From contig NC_090400.1 of NCBI RefSeq assembly GCF_036365525.1, forward strand, positions 49,497,138 to 49,561,137: 64,000 nucleotides of DNA. Reading direction: 5' to 3'. Below, piece after piece: positions 1 to 13,738 of the stretch. Origin of the DNA: Heterodontus francisci. Its lineage: Eukaryota. Position 1 is the first letter of the stretch; each line of letters starts with the position of its first letter. Made by a program: the position numbers and the translations under genes. The notes under the pieces were generated by a model. The model did no database searches, had not been told where the DNA came from, and worked only from the letters and a program-made list of their open reading frames with translations.

Positions 1-207
1 TGCTATGTACTTTTTCTCTCTCCCTCTCTCCAGGGTAAGACACACACGGTTACAGCAGATTAACTCAATGGAAAGAAGTCCTTTGGCTTCTATCCTGAAC
101 AAGACAGAGGACTTGCCGAATTCTGGTATAGCAAATTGGAGTACCGCTGAAGATAACTTGAAATAACTAATCAGAAGACCAGGCACAAAAATCAATTTTT
201 CATGTAC

Positions 208-403
208 CTTGGTTTGTTTCTTTTCTGTTGCATATACAATTGAAGTACAGCAAACTTCAGCAAGCTTGCGGCCCTGCCCATAAAATGACCAGCAGCAGAT
301 CTCATCTCCCAAGACGTCCTTCATAAAAAGCACTCTTCCATTAAATCGCAGGGATAACTTGTCAAACAGTTCAACGTTCTTCAACAAATTGTCATCAGAG
401 TTG
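208..403 (-). CDS. TNFAIP1: TNFAIP1 coding exon 5 (196 nt); the final exon lies outside the window
   Basis: ttctcag|C AAC TCT...AAG|gtacat. Encodes [65 protein letters not shown]. Confidence 0.95.
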
Positions 404-1657
404 CTGAGAAAACATAACACCCTGTATTAAATAGCTGCTGTTAGCAACAGTGCAGAAACACTGATGTAGTTGTGTGAAGGATTTGGTTACAGTAGGCATT
501 TAAAGATCTTTGAAGGGTTGCTTGGAGAGTATTTTCATTAAGTTACAATAACTTAAGCAAGTCTATTTTTGTACCATTTCATATATAATGCTAAACCTCA
601 TCTCTTCTGAATGAGTTTAAACCTTGAAATTTGGTTTTGTTCAAAATGGAGAATGGACAAACTATAAATTGACCATGTGCATGATTACAATCTAATCTAA
701 ACTTTTATGCATGTAATTTGAGAAGCAAAAACATTAGGACTTTTCGAAATGTAGTTGCATGCTGGGTAAGTTTGAATACAATAGCAGTCTGTGCAAGACT
801 TTTACTTTTGTGGGTTGCTTAGATGCATACCACAGAGACTCTTGGGCCACATACAAAGTTTAAATCAATATTCCAATCAGCTTGGATACATCTCAAACCG
901 TGAATACAAACAGATCTGTTCTGATTTAGGATTTACTCACCAATGAGGCAACAGCACTTAGAACAGACCTTCCCAAACTTGCAAATACATAAAACTCAAA
1001 CAGAAAATAAAAAGAAACATAAATTACCAGGGCTACAGGCTTCATGTGGCCTACAGACCATCGTTTGGACATTCTTCGACCAGAGAGAATGGCTTCTTTT
1101 CATCCAACTTTATGTTTCTTTCACACAAGAGAAAGGGAGCTATGAAAAAGACTATGACTATGGTGCAGTTCTTTGATTTTAATAGTGTTATGTTCCAGTG
1201 TCCTTTACCAAGTCATATTTGAGTTCATTGTTATTCTGTTTGTGCTCATGTAAGAAGAAAAATATTGTAAATATTTAGTTTTGGAACTGAACATCAAAGC
1301 CCATCACCATGTCACTCATGCTGGCTGGTAAATCGCATCACTGATAGCCAGTCATTGGGGAGTGGTATTGCTAGAGAAGCAGCAAGGTAGATGCTTACTG
1401 AAAAGTTGTTCTGCTCCTTTTCCAAGTTGTTAGAATTTAATGCCCTCAAGCAGTAAATCTTAATGAGCAGACTAAACCTTACATTGAATCTCCTTTCTTG
1501 TCTCACCCTACCCCAACAATCTGACCCACCTTTTTATCACGCATTCCTGAAAACAGCATTGGATATGATTCAAATTAATAAAAAAAAAACATAAGCTGAT
1601 AAGGCTACACAAATCAAACATGACAGAGCTCAACATGAATTACAAGCAGCATTGTAC

Positions 1658-1710
1658 CTAGTATAGGAATACTTGTTGTTGCTCCTGTTGTGTAGCAGCT
1701 TCACAACCGG
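1658..1710 (-). CDS. TNFAIP1: TNFAIP1 coding exon 4 (53 nt)
   Basis: ctaacag|CCG...AG|gtacaa. Encodes PVVKLLHNRSNNKYSYT(S). Confidence 0.93.
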
Positions 1711-1829
1711 CTGTTAGCAAAGAATAAAGGCAGTTAGCTTTTAGTAAGACATGTATGGAGAATGTAGTAGTAAATCTGAGAAAAGTTTCTCCATTACAGA
1801 AAAAAAAAGACATGCAAGAGTCTCGTGAC

Positions 1830-1919
1830 CTTGGCACATGTTTCAATTAATCGTTCTTCCTCCTTAGGAGAAGTGATCATGGGGATTGTGCACGCAACTT
1901 CACAGCATTCATTCTTTTC
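1830..1919 (-). CDS. TNFAIP1: TNFAIP1 coding exon 3 (90 nt)
   Basis: ttcttcag|GAA...AAG|gtcac. Encodes EKNECCEVACTIPMITSPKEEERLIETCAK. Confidence 0.9.
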
Positions 1920-3104
1920 CTGAAGAAAATCAAATCATTAATGCAGAGGTGAAAAAAGTCACCAATGAATGGAAATAAACACTAAACTTTTTTCCCCCCA
2001 CACAACTGTACTTTAGAAACAACTCGAGACAGAATGGCATGCGGTTGCTATAGTATTCGCAACTCAACTTACGCCGAGTATTGAAAATGTGGAAAATATT
2101 CCTACAGAAGAGACAGTGAAGGGAATTGTTCTGTTTTATTCCTAGGTCATGTGTGGTGCACTGCTCAGTATTTCACTAGCAGCAGGGTATGCCCAACTGC
2201 ATAGTCTCATCAACTCCCTGGTTCTGCAACCATCACAAAAGAGAATTTTAATTATGTTACTTGAGATTTTTCAGCAATGTGACCCTTTACTTTGTTCCTA
2301 GTGAAAGTTTATAGCCAACTTTTAAAACTCTCATCAGTATTCACTTTCTGCTACAATCTACAAGCTTGTAAAACCCAAGCATGCTGTCATCTAATCACTG
2401 CTTGCTGTCTTGCCTCCCCTTTTCGGTTACTTTTTCTAACCTTGGTTGTGTCCTGCACTATGGATTTTAACCCCTGCAATAAAACTCCTCAATTTTAAAA
2501 ATGGGTTAAATACAAAATAGGTAGAATCTAGTTTGTTCAGTGTTCCCTGAACAGCAAAAAATAAACACCAATTTTTAAAAAAATCCTATAACAAGGCAAC
2601 TAGATATTACAATGAGTTAACATTCTGGTTTTTGCTTGTGGACCTGGGGGCGAATGAAACCTAGAGTAATGGTGCAAAAGCCTCCATTCATTTATCAGCT
2701 CTAGAGATCCTAAGTGAACCAACTGTAGCCACTTTTAACTCACTTCCCATCGCTAAATTAGTGATCTTATTCAAGGAGGTGTTAGGATGGCGGGTGTGTG
2801 GAACAGAAAAATTCCCACTGATGTAGTGGACATTCCCTCATGATTTTGAGTGTATGATCTATTATTCTGGCAGAGTTAGGAGCAGTTTTGCCTCACGCCT
2901 ATTGAGATGACTTTTCTGGGATTTGGTGCTTGTGCTGACACTGGAGGGTATATTGGTGAAGGTTTTGTGCCTACTAAGAGCAATTTTTTAAACCACATTT
3001 TACACCTTTCTTCCACAACCAAAATAACACACGCTATTGTTACATTTAGAAAGAAAAACGGTTTCATTGTGTTAAACAGAAAGATAGCACCTGCTGTAAG
3101 TTAC

Positions 3105-3274
3105 CTGCAAAGCAGCCTGACAGACATCCACCAGGCCCTGAATGAGGTAATATTTAGCCTCTGCCAATAGTTCCTTTGTTTCCCGCCTACTCTTTGGAAG
3201 GATAATCGAGTCATCCCGCAGGTAGTTCAAAACAGTGCCAAAATGTTTCCCACAACGATCAATAAGAATCCAAC
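3105..3274 (-). CDS. TNFAIP1: TNFAIP1 coding exon 2 (170 nt)
   Basis: cag|GT TGG...TTG CAG|gtaa. Encodes (G)[56 protein letters not shown]; phase is compatible with the previous exon. Confidence 0.95.
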
Positions 3275-4189
3275 CTGTTTGGAAAAATACCATATATTTC
3301 CACAGTAGAGGGGTATAATTTAAGGCAAGGATACTCTACAACCAGATGCTAGTTCTGTACAAAAGGTAAAAACAAGGACCCTCAGCATCGTACCCCCTAA
3401 ATTACTTAATTGAACACAGGATATTGTGGGTAAAAAGGCCATTTGGCCCATCGAATCCATGCATGTAGAATCTGCTTGGTCACACACTATTAATCCTATT
3501 TTAATTTCAGGAGGAAAGTTTCTCCCTATCCCTCAACTATAATCTGAACAAACCCTCAGCATATCTAAGCTTACAAACACCATTCTTCATTATTCATCTT
3601 TAGTGTCAAGACACATCCCGACTCCAGAGCTTCAGGACATAATTTTGGCTGACACTTCGGTGCCACACGGAGCAAGTGCTCCCAATACTGAAGGTACCAC
3701 CCTTGGGATCTGCCACTGAACGGAGGCCACAAATGGTTTTGATGGCCATCAAAAGATCACCTAGAACTATTCAAAGAGGAGAAAATATTTCTCCAATACC
3801 ATAGCCAATATTCTTCTCTCAACCAACAAAAAATTAACTATTCATCTCATTGCTGCTTGTGGCATTATGCTGTGTGCAAAATGCTGTGGTATTTGAATAT
3901 ACAGTGGCCATTGAGCGTCCACGAGATGCAAGTCAACACAAATTTAGCCGACTTTACAGGATCACACTGACTGGTTTTTCAGTGACATTAATCATCGCAA
4001 CCAAATTCTTTTCCACTTATGCCAGAGGGCACCTTATCACATAGATTTTCCATGCCAATGTGCAAACTAATACATTTATTCACATTAAAGTCCATCTGTC
4101 CTTCCTAATTGGTTCACTTGGACTATTACCCTCACACTCCTCATCTGATCAAACCTAACACCCAAAGAAGAAGTGCCCTCCTTTATATT

Positions 4190-4801
4190 AATATAAAAGC
4201 AAAATACTGCGGATGCTGGAAATCTGAAACAAAAACAAGAAATGCTGGATTCACTCAGCAGGTCTGGCAGCATCTGTGGAAAGAGAAGCAGAGTTAACGT
4301 TTCGGATCAGTGACCCTTCTTCGGAACTGACAAATATTAGAAAAGTCACAGATTATAAACAAGTGAGGTGGGGGTTGGGCAAGAGATAACAAAGGAGAAG
4401 GTGCAGATTGGACCAGGCCACATAGCTGACCAAAAGGTCACGGAGCAAAGGCAAACAATATGTTAATGGTGTGTTGAAAGACAAAGCATTAGTACAGATT
4501 AGGTGTGAATATACTGAATATTGAACATCAGCAAGTGCAAACCTGAAGAAAAACAACCTGAAAAAAACAGTGGGTGAGCAAACTGAACAAACTAAGATGA
4601 ACTGAAATAAATACAAAAAAAGATTGTAAAAAATGTAAAAAGGAATGCCAAAAAAAAAAAAAGGAAGAAAAAATAACTAAAAATGACTAAAAATGAAAGT
4701 AAAGTGGGGGGCTGTCATGCTCTGAAATTATTGAACTCAATGTTCAGACCGGCAGGCTGTAGTGTGCCTAATCGGTAGATGAGATGCTGTTCCTCGAGCT
4801 T
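4190..4801 (-). mobile_element. Penelope-like element (PLE) 3' fragment
   Basis: Minus strand 4801-4715 encodes KLEEQHLIYRLGTLQPAGLNIEFNNFRA* (GIY-YIG endonuclease C-terminus), followed by a pLTR-like region with a hammerhead motif. Flanked by the direct repeat TGCCCTCCTTTATATT (4174-4189 and 4807-4822). Confidence 0.85.
4292..4328 (-). ncRNA. Minimal type I hammerhead motif, variant core CCGAAGA
   Basis: AGUU CCGAAGA AGGGUCACUGAUCC GAAA CG UU AACU on the minus strand; helix I is AGUU/AACU. Confidence 0.6.
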
Positions 4802-6519
4802 TATATTGCCCTCCTTTATATTGTTTGCTGATATGTGAATCATAAGACAACCGAGAATTGATCCTTCTGGAACTCCATTATTCACTGTCTGTGTCGTTCC
4901 TCCTCCCTCCAGACAGCTCTTCCACTTATGACTTTGTTTTCAATCTAGTCACCCAATTTATCAGAAATTCTATAAATTTAATCCCTGCAAGCATTCCATA
5001 TGAAACTTTATTGAATACTATATATGAAATTTCAAGTAGATTATACCTTTTGGATCACCCTGCTCTATCAATTCATTGCTACATCAAAAAAAATCCACTG
5101 TCATTTCATTAGATATAGCTTAAAACTGCAGGTTAGTGATCTACCATCAACAAACCCACTGCCCCTTCAATATCTGTAGCGTCCTTTTCTGACCAGACCA
5201 TTGAATTGAAAGTGATGGGCAGGAACAGGTGCTTCCACCAAGGTGACTACACTGTGAAATCTGGACAATTATTAGGATAGCTTCTTGTGGTATTGAATCT
5301 TAGAAACCTTAATTATTAAAATATATTTTAAAAGTAAGAGCTACCATAGCGCCATGAAACCAATGATTACAGTGTTAACCAGCTAGCAAAGTTATGAATT
5401 GCAGGCATTAAAGAAGATGGGATGTGAGATCTGAGTTTTTAAAATGAAAGAATTGATAATGTAGACTGAGAAAGGGGCTTTGTGGAACATTAGACAACAG
5501 GAGTATAATCCAAAGAAACCAACAGTTAAACTGAAGAGATTAATAACTTTTTATATGCTCAAGAGTCAATAATTTGCTAACAGATACAAATCTGAAGATA
5601 AATAAACCTGCTGTATCACTTGACTGATCCAGCATGGCATCATTTAAAAAATAATTTCAAAACACTGGACTGGCTGCCAGTTCATATCTAATTTTCTTCT
5701 AGGAAAAATGGTCAGATTAGGTCCCAAAACTGGATGGAGAAAATGGCTGCGTACTCTAGTCTTTCCCAGGACCTCAAAACTGGAAGTTTTTAAAATCTTG
5801 CTCCCAGTTTTCCCTTCCTCCAAGAATCTCCAAGCTTTTAACATCCAAGCCTGGCATCAGCTAAATACTATTTACTTTATCTTCTCTCCAACCTTGGTGG
5901 TGTTCTATACTTTGGGCCTTGGCTGTTGACCTAGATTTCTCAATTTAACAAAAACAGCCTTATTTTGTTCCCATACTCTGACCAGCAATTCTAATCCTGT
6001 GTGCAAGGCAGACTGTAAAATTTGTATCATTTAATACTTGTATGTCATAATGCAAATTTACAAAGACTGCAAATAACAGGAGTGTGCAGCACTAACTGGT
6101 CGGCTTGTAGAACCTATAGGTCAGTAGGTTTAAATAGCAATAATATAACTACTAAGCTTTGTAACGATCTTCTTGCCTGCAATGCTCTACAGTTTATTAC
6201 CAAAGCATAATTTTTCAGAATTAAACAATCCCAGGGTAAATTATCCCATTAAAGCTGCATGGTACTAATTTAAAAATGCAACCAGCAAATACCTGTGATT
6301 ATTAAAACAGGCATATAAAATTCACAGCATTTATCTTGCTGTCCTGTGTTTACTGGGATCCAACTTAATGCATGATTTTTACCACGTCCATATGTGGACA
6401 GTTCTAAAAATAAATCAATATTACATTTCAATAATTAAAAATAATTGCAGGTTACACCACACAAATTTGTTCTTTTATAATTAAATTAAGATCCCTGCAA
6501 CTTTGGTGATAGCATTTTT

Positions 6520-6880
6520 AAAAATTCCTCCATGGGATGAGTGCGTCACTGTCAAGGCCAGCATTTGTTGCCCATCCCTAGTTGCCCTTGACAACTGAGT
6601 GGCCTGCTAGACCATTTCAGAGGGCAGTTAAGAATCAACCACATTACTGTGGGTCCAGAATCTCACGTAGGTCAGACCAGGTAAGGATGGCAGAGTTCCG
6701 CCCCTAAAAAGGACATTATTGAACTAGGTGAGTTTTTACAACAATGATAGTAATGGTGCCATGAAACGGAGACTAGCTTTCAATTCCAGATTTGGGATGG
6801 GATTTCAACCCATGTCTCCAGGATATTAGCCTAGGCCTCTGGATTACTAGTTCAATGACATTACCACTATGCCACTGTCT
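6520..6880 (-). mobile_element. SINE-like derivative of the 52.5-55.7 kb LINE (tRNA-like head plus LINE tail)
   Basis: The reverse complement matches the head at 52510-52800 joined to the AAGGGCAACTAGGGATGGGCAA tail. Confidence 0.7.
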
Positions 6881-7034
6881 CCAAATGCTGAACTCTCAAT
6901 TAAAGCAGTGGTCATAATTCATATTGTGATAACTGACTTTGCCAGTACCCATCTCCTACATCAATTATTTCTAAAGTTTGGCAACACATCACACCCCAGA
7001 CACCACATTTCTCAATGCTCTTCAAATGATTCAA

Positions 7035-7535
7035 CTGCATTGGAGGCAGTTCAGAGGAGGATCACTAGACTGATTCCAGAGATGTGGGGTTTGTCTTATG
7101 AAGAGAGATTAAACAGTTTAGGTCATTACTCTCGAGAGTTTAGAAGAATGAGAGGAGATTTAATTGAGGTATATAAGATGATTATGGGGATTGACAAAGT
7201 AGACGTAGAGAGGATGTTTCCGCTGGTGGGGCATTCTAGAATGAGAGGGCCATAGTTTTAGGATAAGGGTAGCAGATTTCAAACAGAGATGAAGAGAAAT
7301 TACTTCTCTCAAAGGGTCGTGAGTCTGTGGAATTCACTACCCCAAAGTGCAGCGGATGCCGGAACATTGAGTAAATTTGAGGAGATACAGATTTTTAAAT
7401 AGTAATGGGTTAAAAGGGTTATGGAGAAGTGGAGTTGAGGCTGAGATGAGATCAGCCATGATCGTATTGAATGACGGAGCAGGGGCTGAATTGCCTACTC
7501 CTGCTCCTAGTTCTTACGTTTTTATGTTCTTATGA
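7035..7535 (+). mobile_element. CR1 LINE 3' fragment
   Basis: ALEAVQRRITRLIPEMWGLSYEERLNSLG...RRMRGDLIEVYK; (TTATGTTC)-like tail. Confidence 0.9.
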
Positions 7536-7711
7536 ACCAGCTGACTGAAAACAGTGGCAAATACTAGGGGAGAAAAGCCACATTCTGCCACTTACCCACA
7601 TTTCAGTACATTAATGTGCAACACTACTAGCTGTCACATCCTTTGGGATATGCACTTCAAAAACGGAAATAACTGTCTTGGTTACTTCTGGTAAAATTAG
7701 ATTATATTCAC

Positions 7712-7925
7712 CTTCCTTGTCAGTGAGCACTTCCATTCTTCCACTGAACATTGCCTTTAGCATAGTATCATGTCTGGTTAAAATCTGAACAGTGGTATAG
7801 TATAGGGAGCCCCCAACATTTAATCGGATGTATTTGTTCCCCATGCTTCCTCCTTTAAAGCTGATGGCCTTGGGTTTGGCTCCAGAAGGTGGGCACAATG
7901 ATGTTAAACAGGTGTCTCCAGACAT
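7712..7925 (-). CDS. TNFAIP1: TNFAIP1 (BACURD2, BTB/POZ CUL3 adaptor), first coding exon, 214 nt coding
   Basis: ATG at 7925 gives [71 protein letters not shown](G). GT donor at 7711. The N-terminus and synteny with IFT20/TMEM97 favour TNFAIP1 over KCTD10/KCTD13. Confidence 0.95.
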
Positions 7926-8734
7926 GTCTCTCTGCAGATAAATGGTAACTCTGCACACAGTTGGCTTAAGCTGTCCCGCCGTGGTTGGTATGTGCAAGCC
8001 AGACAAAAACGAGTCAAGGTCTGGTCACGTTCACAAATGTTCATAATACCTGCACCACTAAGAACAAGGAAAATCATCTCATTATACATCAAAGACACTC
8101 GAAACAAACAGCACTTTGTACCCAATTTGAAAGTGTAATACATCACATGATATCTAAACTACCATTTTATCTTTTCCACAGACATGAGCATTATGAAAAT
8201 TCCTAGTCTGGTGAATGTGCTCATGAAACATCCACAATTCTAATCATAGTATAAAACATGATCAAAGGGAGGGCGTGAGTAACTTGGCTCACTTGTGACC
8301 ATTACCAAACAACATTGGTCTATTTCTTCAATCCTGCTGACTGTCAGGTCTTTCAGATTTCCCAGGCTAGACTTCTTTATTCTTCAATATTCAGCCTGAA
8401 GTTTTAACTTCTGTTCACCATTTTGCACTTGTAAAAAAAATGAAAACATATTCAATAACTAATTGATGATTTTGCTAGTCTACAAAAGAACAAACTGCTT
8501 CAACATAAAGACACAGGGCATGGAGCAATTTAGTGCCCAAAGAAATTAAGTTTGACAATTTAAAAATGACAAATTTTACACTTGAATGATGTCATTATGA
8601 AATGGTTGCTAGGAAGATTGAGTTTCAAATTAAAATTGCCGGTGACAATTAAAAACACGGCATTATCAATTTGTCCATGGCGATCGGTTGACCTTTCCTA
8701 AATGATTGGATGACTAACAGCAGATTATATATTT

Positions 8735-9165
8735 TTTTAATTCATGCTTGGGATGTGGGAGTCACTGGCAAGGACAGCATTAATTGTCCACCCCTAATTG
8801 GCCTCGAGAAGGAGATGGTGAGCTGCCTTCTTGAACCGCAGTAAGTGTAGTGGTTTGGCACATGTGAATGGCTTGCTCGACCATTTCAGAGGGAAGATAA
8901 AAAAGAGTCAACCACATTGCTGTGGGTCTGGAATGACATAAACCAGACCAGGTATTTCCTTCCCAGACATATTTTATTTCCAGACATTAGTGAACCAGAT
9001 GGTTTTTACGACAATCCAGTAGTTCCATGGATTACCATTACTGATATTCGCTTTTATCATAGTTCCAGATTTAATTAATTGAATTTAAATTCCCCAGTTG
9101 CGATGGTGGGATTTCTAGTGTCCAGATTATTAGTCCAGTAACATAACCACTATGCCACTGTGCCA
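8735..9165 (-). mobile_element. SINE-like derivative of the 52.5-55.7 kb LINE
   Basis: Same head-plus-tail structure as the 6520-6880 copy. Confidence 0.7.
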
Positions 9166-10570
9166 TTATTTATATTTATGTCACGCATTACAAGTGCAGA
9201 TCACTCAGAAACCATGTCATGGGATCAAACAACAACTTGCATTTAGAGTATCTGTGATGTAGGCAAACATCATAAAGCACGTCACAGGTGGGTAATCAGA
9301 CAAAAAGAAACCAAAAAAGGATCAGTGTGCTTCAAATGTATGTGTGTTGTGGCCCCTGCAAATATTCCCAGGGGTCTCCTGTTGCAACAGTGCAAGCTAC
9401 CTGTAAAGTAGCCTTATATTATTGCAAAAAAGTGTGTCTTTTTAGTATATTGCAGTAGGAGTGGCATGCCAGTAGGCAGTCAAATTGATAAAAAAAAATA
9501 CAGAATGCCAATGACACTATTCCTCCCCCCCAATCTGCCCTCAAATATCAGTGAACCCAATTTGAAATACTGACACCTTAACACAGAGCAAAAGGAACTG
9601 ACTAAAGTGATAAAGGAATGAATGGTGTGCAAGTAAAGCAAAGAGTTTGGTAAAAAAATTGGGCTTTGAGAAGCATTTAAAATTGGAGTAGACGGGAAGG
9701 AGGATTCATGATAGGAATTCCAGAGTACAGCCAAGGCAGCCTTGGGGCAAAAGGGTGAGGAAATACAGAGAGAGAGTACCAAAATGTTAAAAGGGATACA
9801 AGGTTGAAGGATATTACAGAGATAAGATGGGGCAAGGTCATGGAGGGGTTTGGAAGATTTTAAAGCTAAGGGAGTGGATTCCAAATTCAACTTGCTGGTC
9901 TAATTCAGTTTGAGAGGATTGGAGTAAATGGTAAGACAGCAAAGTTTAGGAAGGCAAACCAAAAACAATGGCTAAAATCTTCCCTATTTGGAAAAAGATT
10001 TGACAGCACAGAGCAGGTGTCAGGCATGACTTAGTAGCAAAACTCTTGCCGTGTCAGCTGACGTGCTGACTTTCCAGTGCGGTACTAAGGGAGTGGTGTA
10101 CTGTCGGAACTACTGTCTTTTGAATATGTTAAACTGAGGCCCCTTATGCCCTCATGTGGACGTAAAAGATTACAGTGCTATTCAAAGGGCATTATGGGTG
10201 TCCGGGCCAATATTCATCGCAACCTACATTGGTAAAACAGAGTATCTGGTTGTTATTGCTATTTTAAAAAATTGTTCTGGAGTTGTGAGCTTTGCTGGCA
10301 AATCCAGCACATATTGCCCATCCCTAATTGCCTTCTTGAACTGCTGGAGTCCATGTGGTGTAGGTATAACCACAACGCTGTTAGGGAGAGAGTTCCAGGA
10401 TTTTGACCCAGCAACAGTGAAGGAATAGTGATAAAGCTCCAAGTCAGGACGGTGTGCGAATTGGAGGGGAACTTGCAGATAGAGGTGCTCCCATCCATCT
10501 CCTGTCCTTGCTCTTTTAGGCGGTAGAGGTCGTGAGTTTGGGAAGTGCTGCTGAGGGAACCTTGCCGAGA

Positions 10571-13500
10571 TAGAACATAGAACAGTACAGCACAGTACAG
10601 GCCCTTCGGCCCATGATGTTGTGCCGAACCTTTAACCTACTCTAAGATCAAACTAACTACCTACCCTTCATTCTACTATCATCCATGTACCTATCCAAGA
10701 GTCGCTTAAATGCCCCTAATGTATCTGCCTCTACTACCACCGCTGGCAGCGCATTCCACGCATACCACTCTCTGTGTGAAGAACCTACCTCTGACATCTT
10801 CCTGAAACCTTCCTCCAATCACCTTAAAATTATGCCCCCTGGTGATAGCCCTTTCCACCCTGGGAAAAAGTCTCTGGCTATCCACTCTATCTATGCCTCA
10901 TCATCTTGTACCTCTCTGTCAAGTCACCTCTCATCCTTCTTCGCTCCAATGAGAAAAGCCCTAGCTCCCTCAATCTTTCTTCGTAGGACATGCCCTCCAG
11001 TCCAGGCAGCATCCTGGTTAATCTCCCCTGCACCCTCTCTAAAGCTTCCACATCCTTCCTATAATGAGGAGACCAGAACTGAACACAATATTCCAAGTGT
11101 GGTCGAACCAGGGCCTTAAAGAGCTGCATCATAACCTCGCGGCTCTTAAACTCAATCCCCCTATTAATGAAAGCCAACACACGGGGCGGCACAGTGGCAC
11201 AGTGGTTAGCACCGCAGCCTCACAGCTCCAGCGACCCGGGTTCAATTCCGGGTACTGCCTGTGTGGAGTTTGCAAGTTCTCCCTGTGTCTGCGTGGGTTT
11301 CCTCCGGGTGCTCTGGTTTCCTCCCACATGCCAAAGACTTGCAGGTTGATAGGTAAATTGGCCATTAGCAATTGCCCCTAGTGTAGGTCGTTGGTAGGGA
11401 AATATAGGGACAGGTGGGGATGCGGTAGGAATATGGGATTAGTGTAGCATTAGCATAAATGGGTGGTTGATGGTCGGCACAGACTTGGTGGGCCGAAGGG
11501 CCTGTTTCAGTGCTGTATCTCTAAAACTAAAAAAACTAAAAACCCTACGCCTTAACAACCCTATCAACTTGGGTGGCAACTTTGAGCGATGTATGGACAT
11601 GGACCCCAAGATCCCTCTGTTCCTCCACACTACCAAGAATCCTGTCTTTAAGCCTGTATTCCGCATTCAAATTCGACCTTCCAAAATGAATCACTTCACA
11701 CTTTTCCAGGTTGAACTCCATCTGCCACTTCTCAGCCCAGCTCTGCATCCTGTCAATGTCCCGTTGCAACCTATAACAGCCTTCCACACTATCCACAACT
11801 CCAGCAACCTTAGTGTCATCGGCAAACTTGCTAACCCAGCCTTCCACTTCCTCATCCAAGTCATTTATAAAAATCACAAAGAGCAGAGGTCCCAGAACAG
11901 ATCCTTGTGGAACACCACTGGTCACCGAGCTCCATGCTGAATACTTTCCATCTACTACCACCCTCTGACTTCTATGGGCCAGCCAATTTTGTATCCAGAC
12001 AGCCAACTTTCCCTGAATCCCATGCCTCCTTACTTTCTGAATGAGCCTACCATGGGGAACCTTATCAAACGCCTTGCTAAAATCCATATACACCACATCC
12101 ACTGCTCTTCCTTCATCAATGTGTTTTGTCACATCTTCAAAGAATTCAATAAGGCTTGTGAGGCATGACCTGCCCCTTACAAAGCCATGCTGACTGTCTC
12201 TAATCAAACCATGCTTTTCCAAATAATCATAAATCCTGTCTCTCAGAATCCTCTCCAATAATTTGCCCACTACCGACGTAAGACTGACTGGTCTATAATT
12301 CCCAGGGTTATCCTGATTCCCTTTCTTGAACAAGGGAACAACATTTGCCACCCTCCAATCATCCGGTACTACTCCAGTGGACAGTGAAGACGCAAAGATC
12401 ATCGCTAAAGGCGCAGCAATCTCTTCCCTCGCTTCCCGTAATATCCTTGGGTATATCCCGTCTGGCCCCGGGGACTTATCTGTCCTCATATCATTCAAAA
12501 TTTCCAGCACATCCTCCATTTTAACCTCAACCTGTTCTAGCATATCAGCCTGTTCCACGCTGTCCTCACAAATGGCCAGGTCCCTCTCACTAGTGAATAC
12601 TGAAGCAAAGTATTCATTTAGGACCTCCCCTACCTCCTCCGACTCCAGGCACAAGTTCCCTCCACTATCCCCGATCGGCCCTACCCGCACTCTGGCCATC
12701 CTCTTGTTCCTCACAAGTGTAGAAAGCCTTGGGATTTTCCTTAATCCTACCCGCCAAGACTTTTTCATGTCCCCTTCTAGCTCTCCTAAGTCCATTCTTC
12801 AGTTCCTTCCTGGCTACCTTGTAACCCTCTAGAGCCCTGTCTGATCCTTGCTTCCTCAACCTTAAGTAAGCTTCCTTCTTCCTCTTGACTAGCTGTTCCA
12901 CATCTCTTGTCATCCAAGGTTCCTTCACCCTACCATCCCTTCCCTGCCTCATCAGGACAAACCTATCCAGCAGTCGCAGCAAGTGCTCCCTAAACAACCT
13001 CCACATTTCCGTCGTGCATTTCCCCGAGAACATCTGTTCCCAATTTATGCTCCCCAGTTCCTGCCTAATAGCATTGTAATTCCCCCTCCCCCAATTAAAT
13101 ATTTTCCCATCCCGTCTGCTCCTGTCCCTCTCCATGACTATAGTCATCACCGAAATGCTCTCCCACCGAGAGATCTGCCACCTGGCCTGGTTCGTTGCCA
13201 AGCACCAAGTCCAACATAGTCTCCCCTCTAGTCGGCCTATCTACATATTGAGTCAGGAAACCTTCCTGGACACACCTGACATAAACTGCTCCATCCAAAC
13301 TATTTGCACTGAGGAGGTTCCAATCAATATTAGGGAAGTTGAAGTCACCCATGACAACAACCCTGTTACTTCTGCACCTTTCCAAAATCTGCCTCCCAAT
13401 CTGTTCCTCCATGTCTCTGTTGCTATTGGGGGGTCTATAGAAAACTCCCAACAAAGTGACTGCTCCTTTCCTGTTTCTGACTTCCACCCATAATGACTCA

Positions 13501-13738
13501 GTAGACAAACCCTCCTCGACGACCTCCCTGTCTGCAGCAGTGATACTATCCCTGATCAACAATGCCACTCCCCCACCTCTTTTACCTCCCTCCCTATTCC
13601 TTTTGAAACATCTAAACCCCGGAACATCCAACATCCATTCCTGCCCCTGTGATATCCATGTCTCCGTAATGGCCACAACATCGTAGCTCCAAGTACTGAT
13701 CCATGCTCTACGTTCACCACCCTTATTCCGGACACTTC
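10571..13738 (-). mobile_element. CR1 (HER1-like) LINE, 5'-truncated ORF2 (APE endonuclease and RT) with frameshifts and deletions
   Basis: AITETW...GDFNFPNIDW (APE); KSPGPDG...YRPVSLTS...DFSKAFDKV...GVPQGSVLGP...FADD (RT); (CTATGTT)-type tail at ~10572. Confidence 0.95.
11183..11543 (+). mobile_element. HE1-like V-SINE inserted in the CR1
   Basis: tRNA-like head (TGGCACAGTGG, GGTTCAATTCC), V-domain TGTGTGGAGTTTGCAAGTTCTCCC...GGTTTCCTCCCACA, CR1-like tail ending in (CTAAAA)n. Confidence 0.88.

Noticed and set aside
7926-8006. N-terminal extension of TNFAIP1
   Set aside because: The ORF call starts at a non-ATG codon; the conserved start is MSGDTCL at 7925.
11545-12795. 416-aa RT ORF as an active or domesticated gene
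   Set aside because: It is part of a frameshifted, 5'-truncated CR1 interrupted by a SINE.
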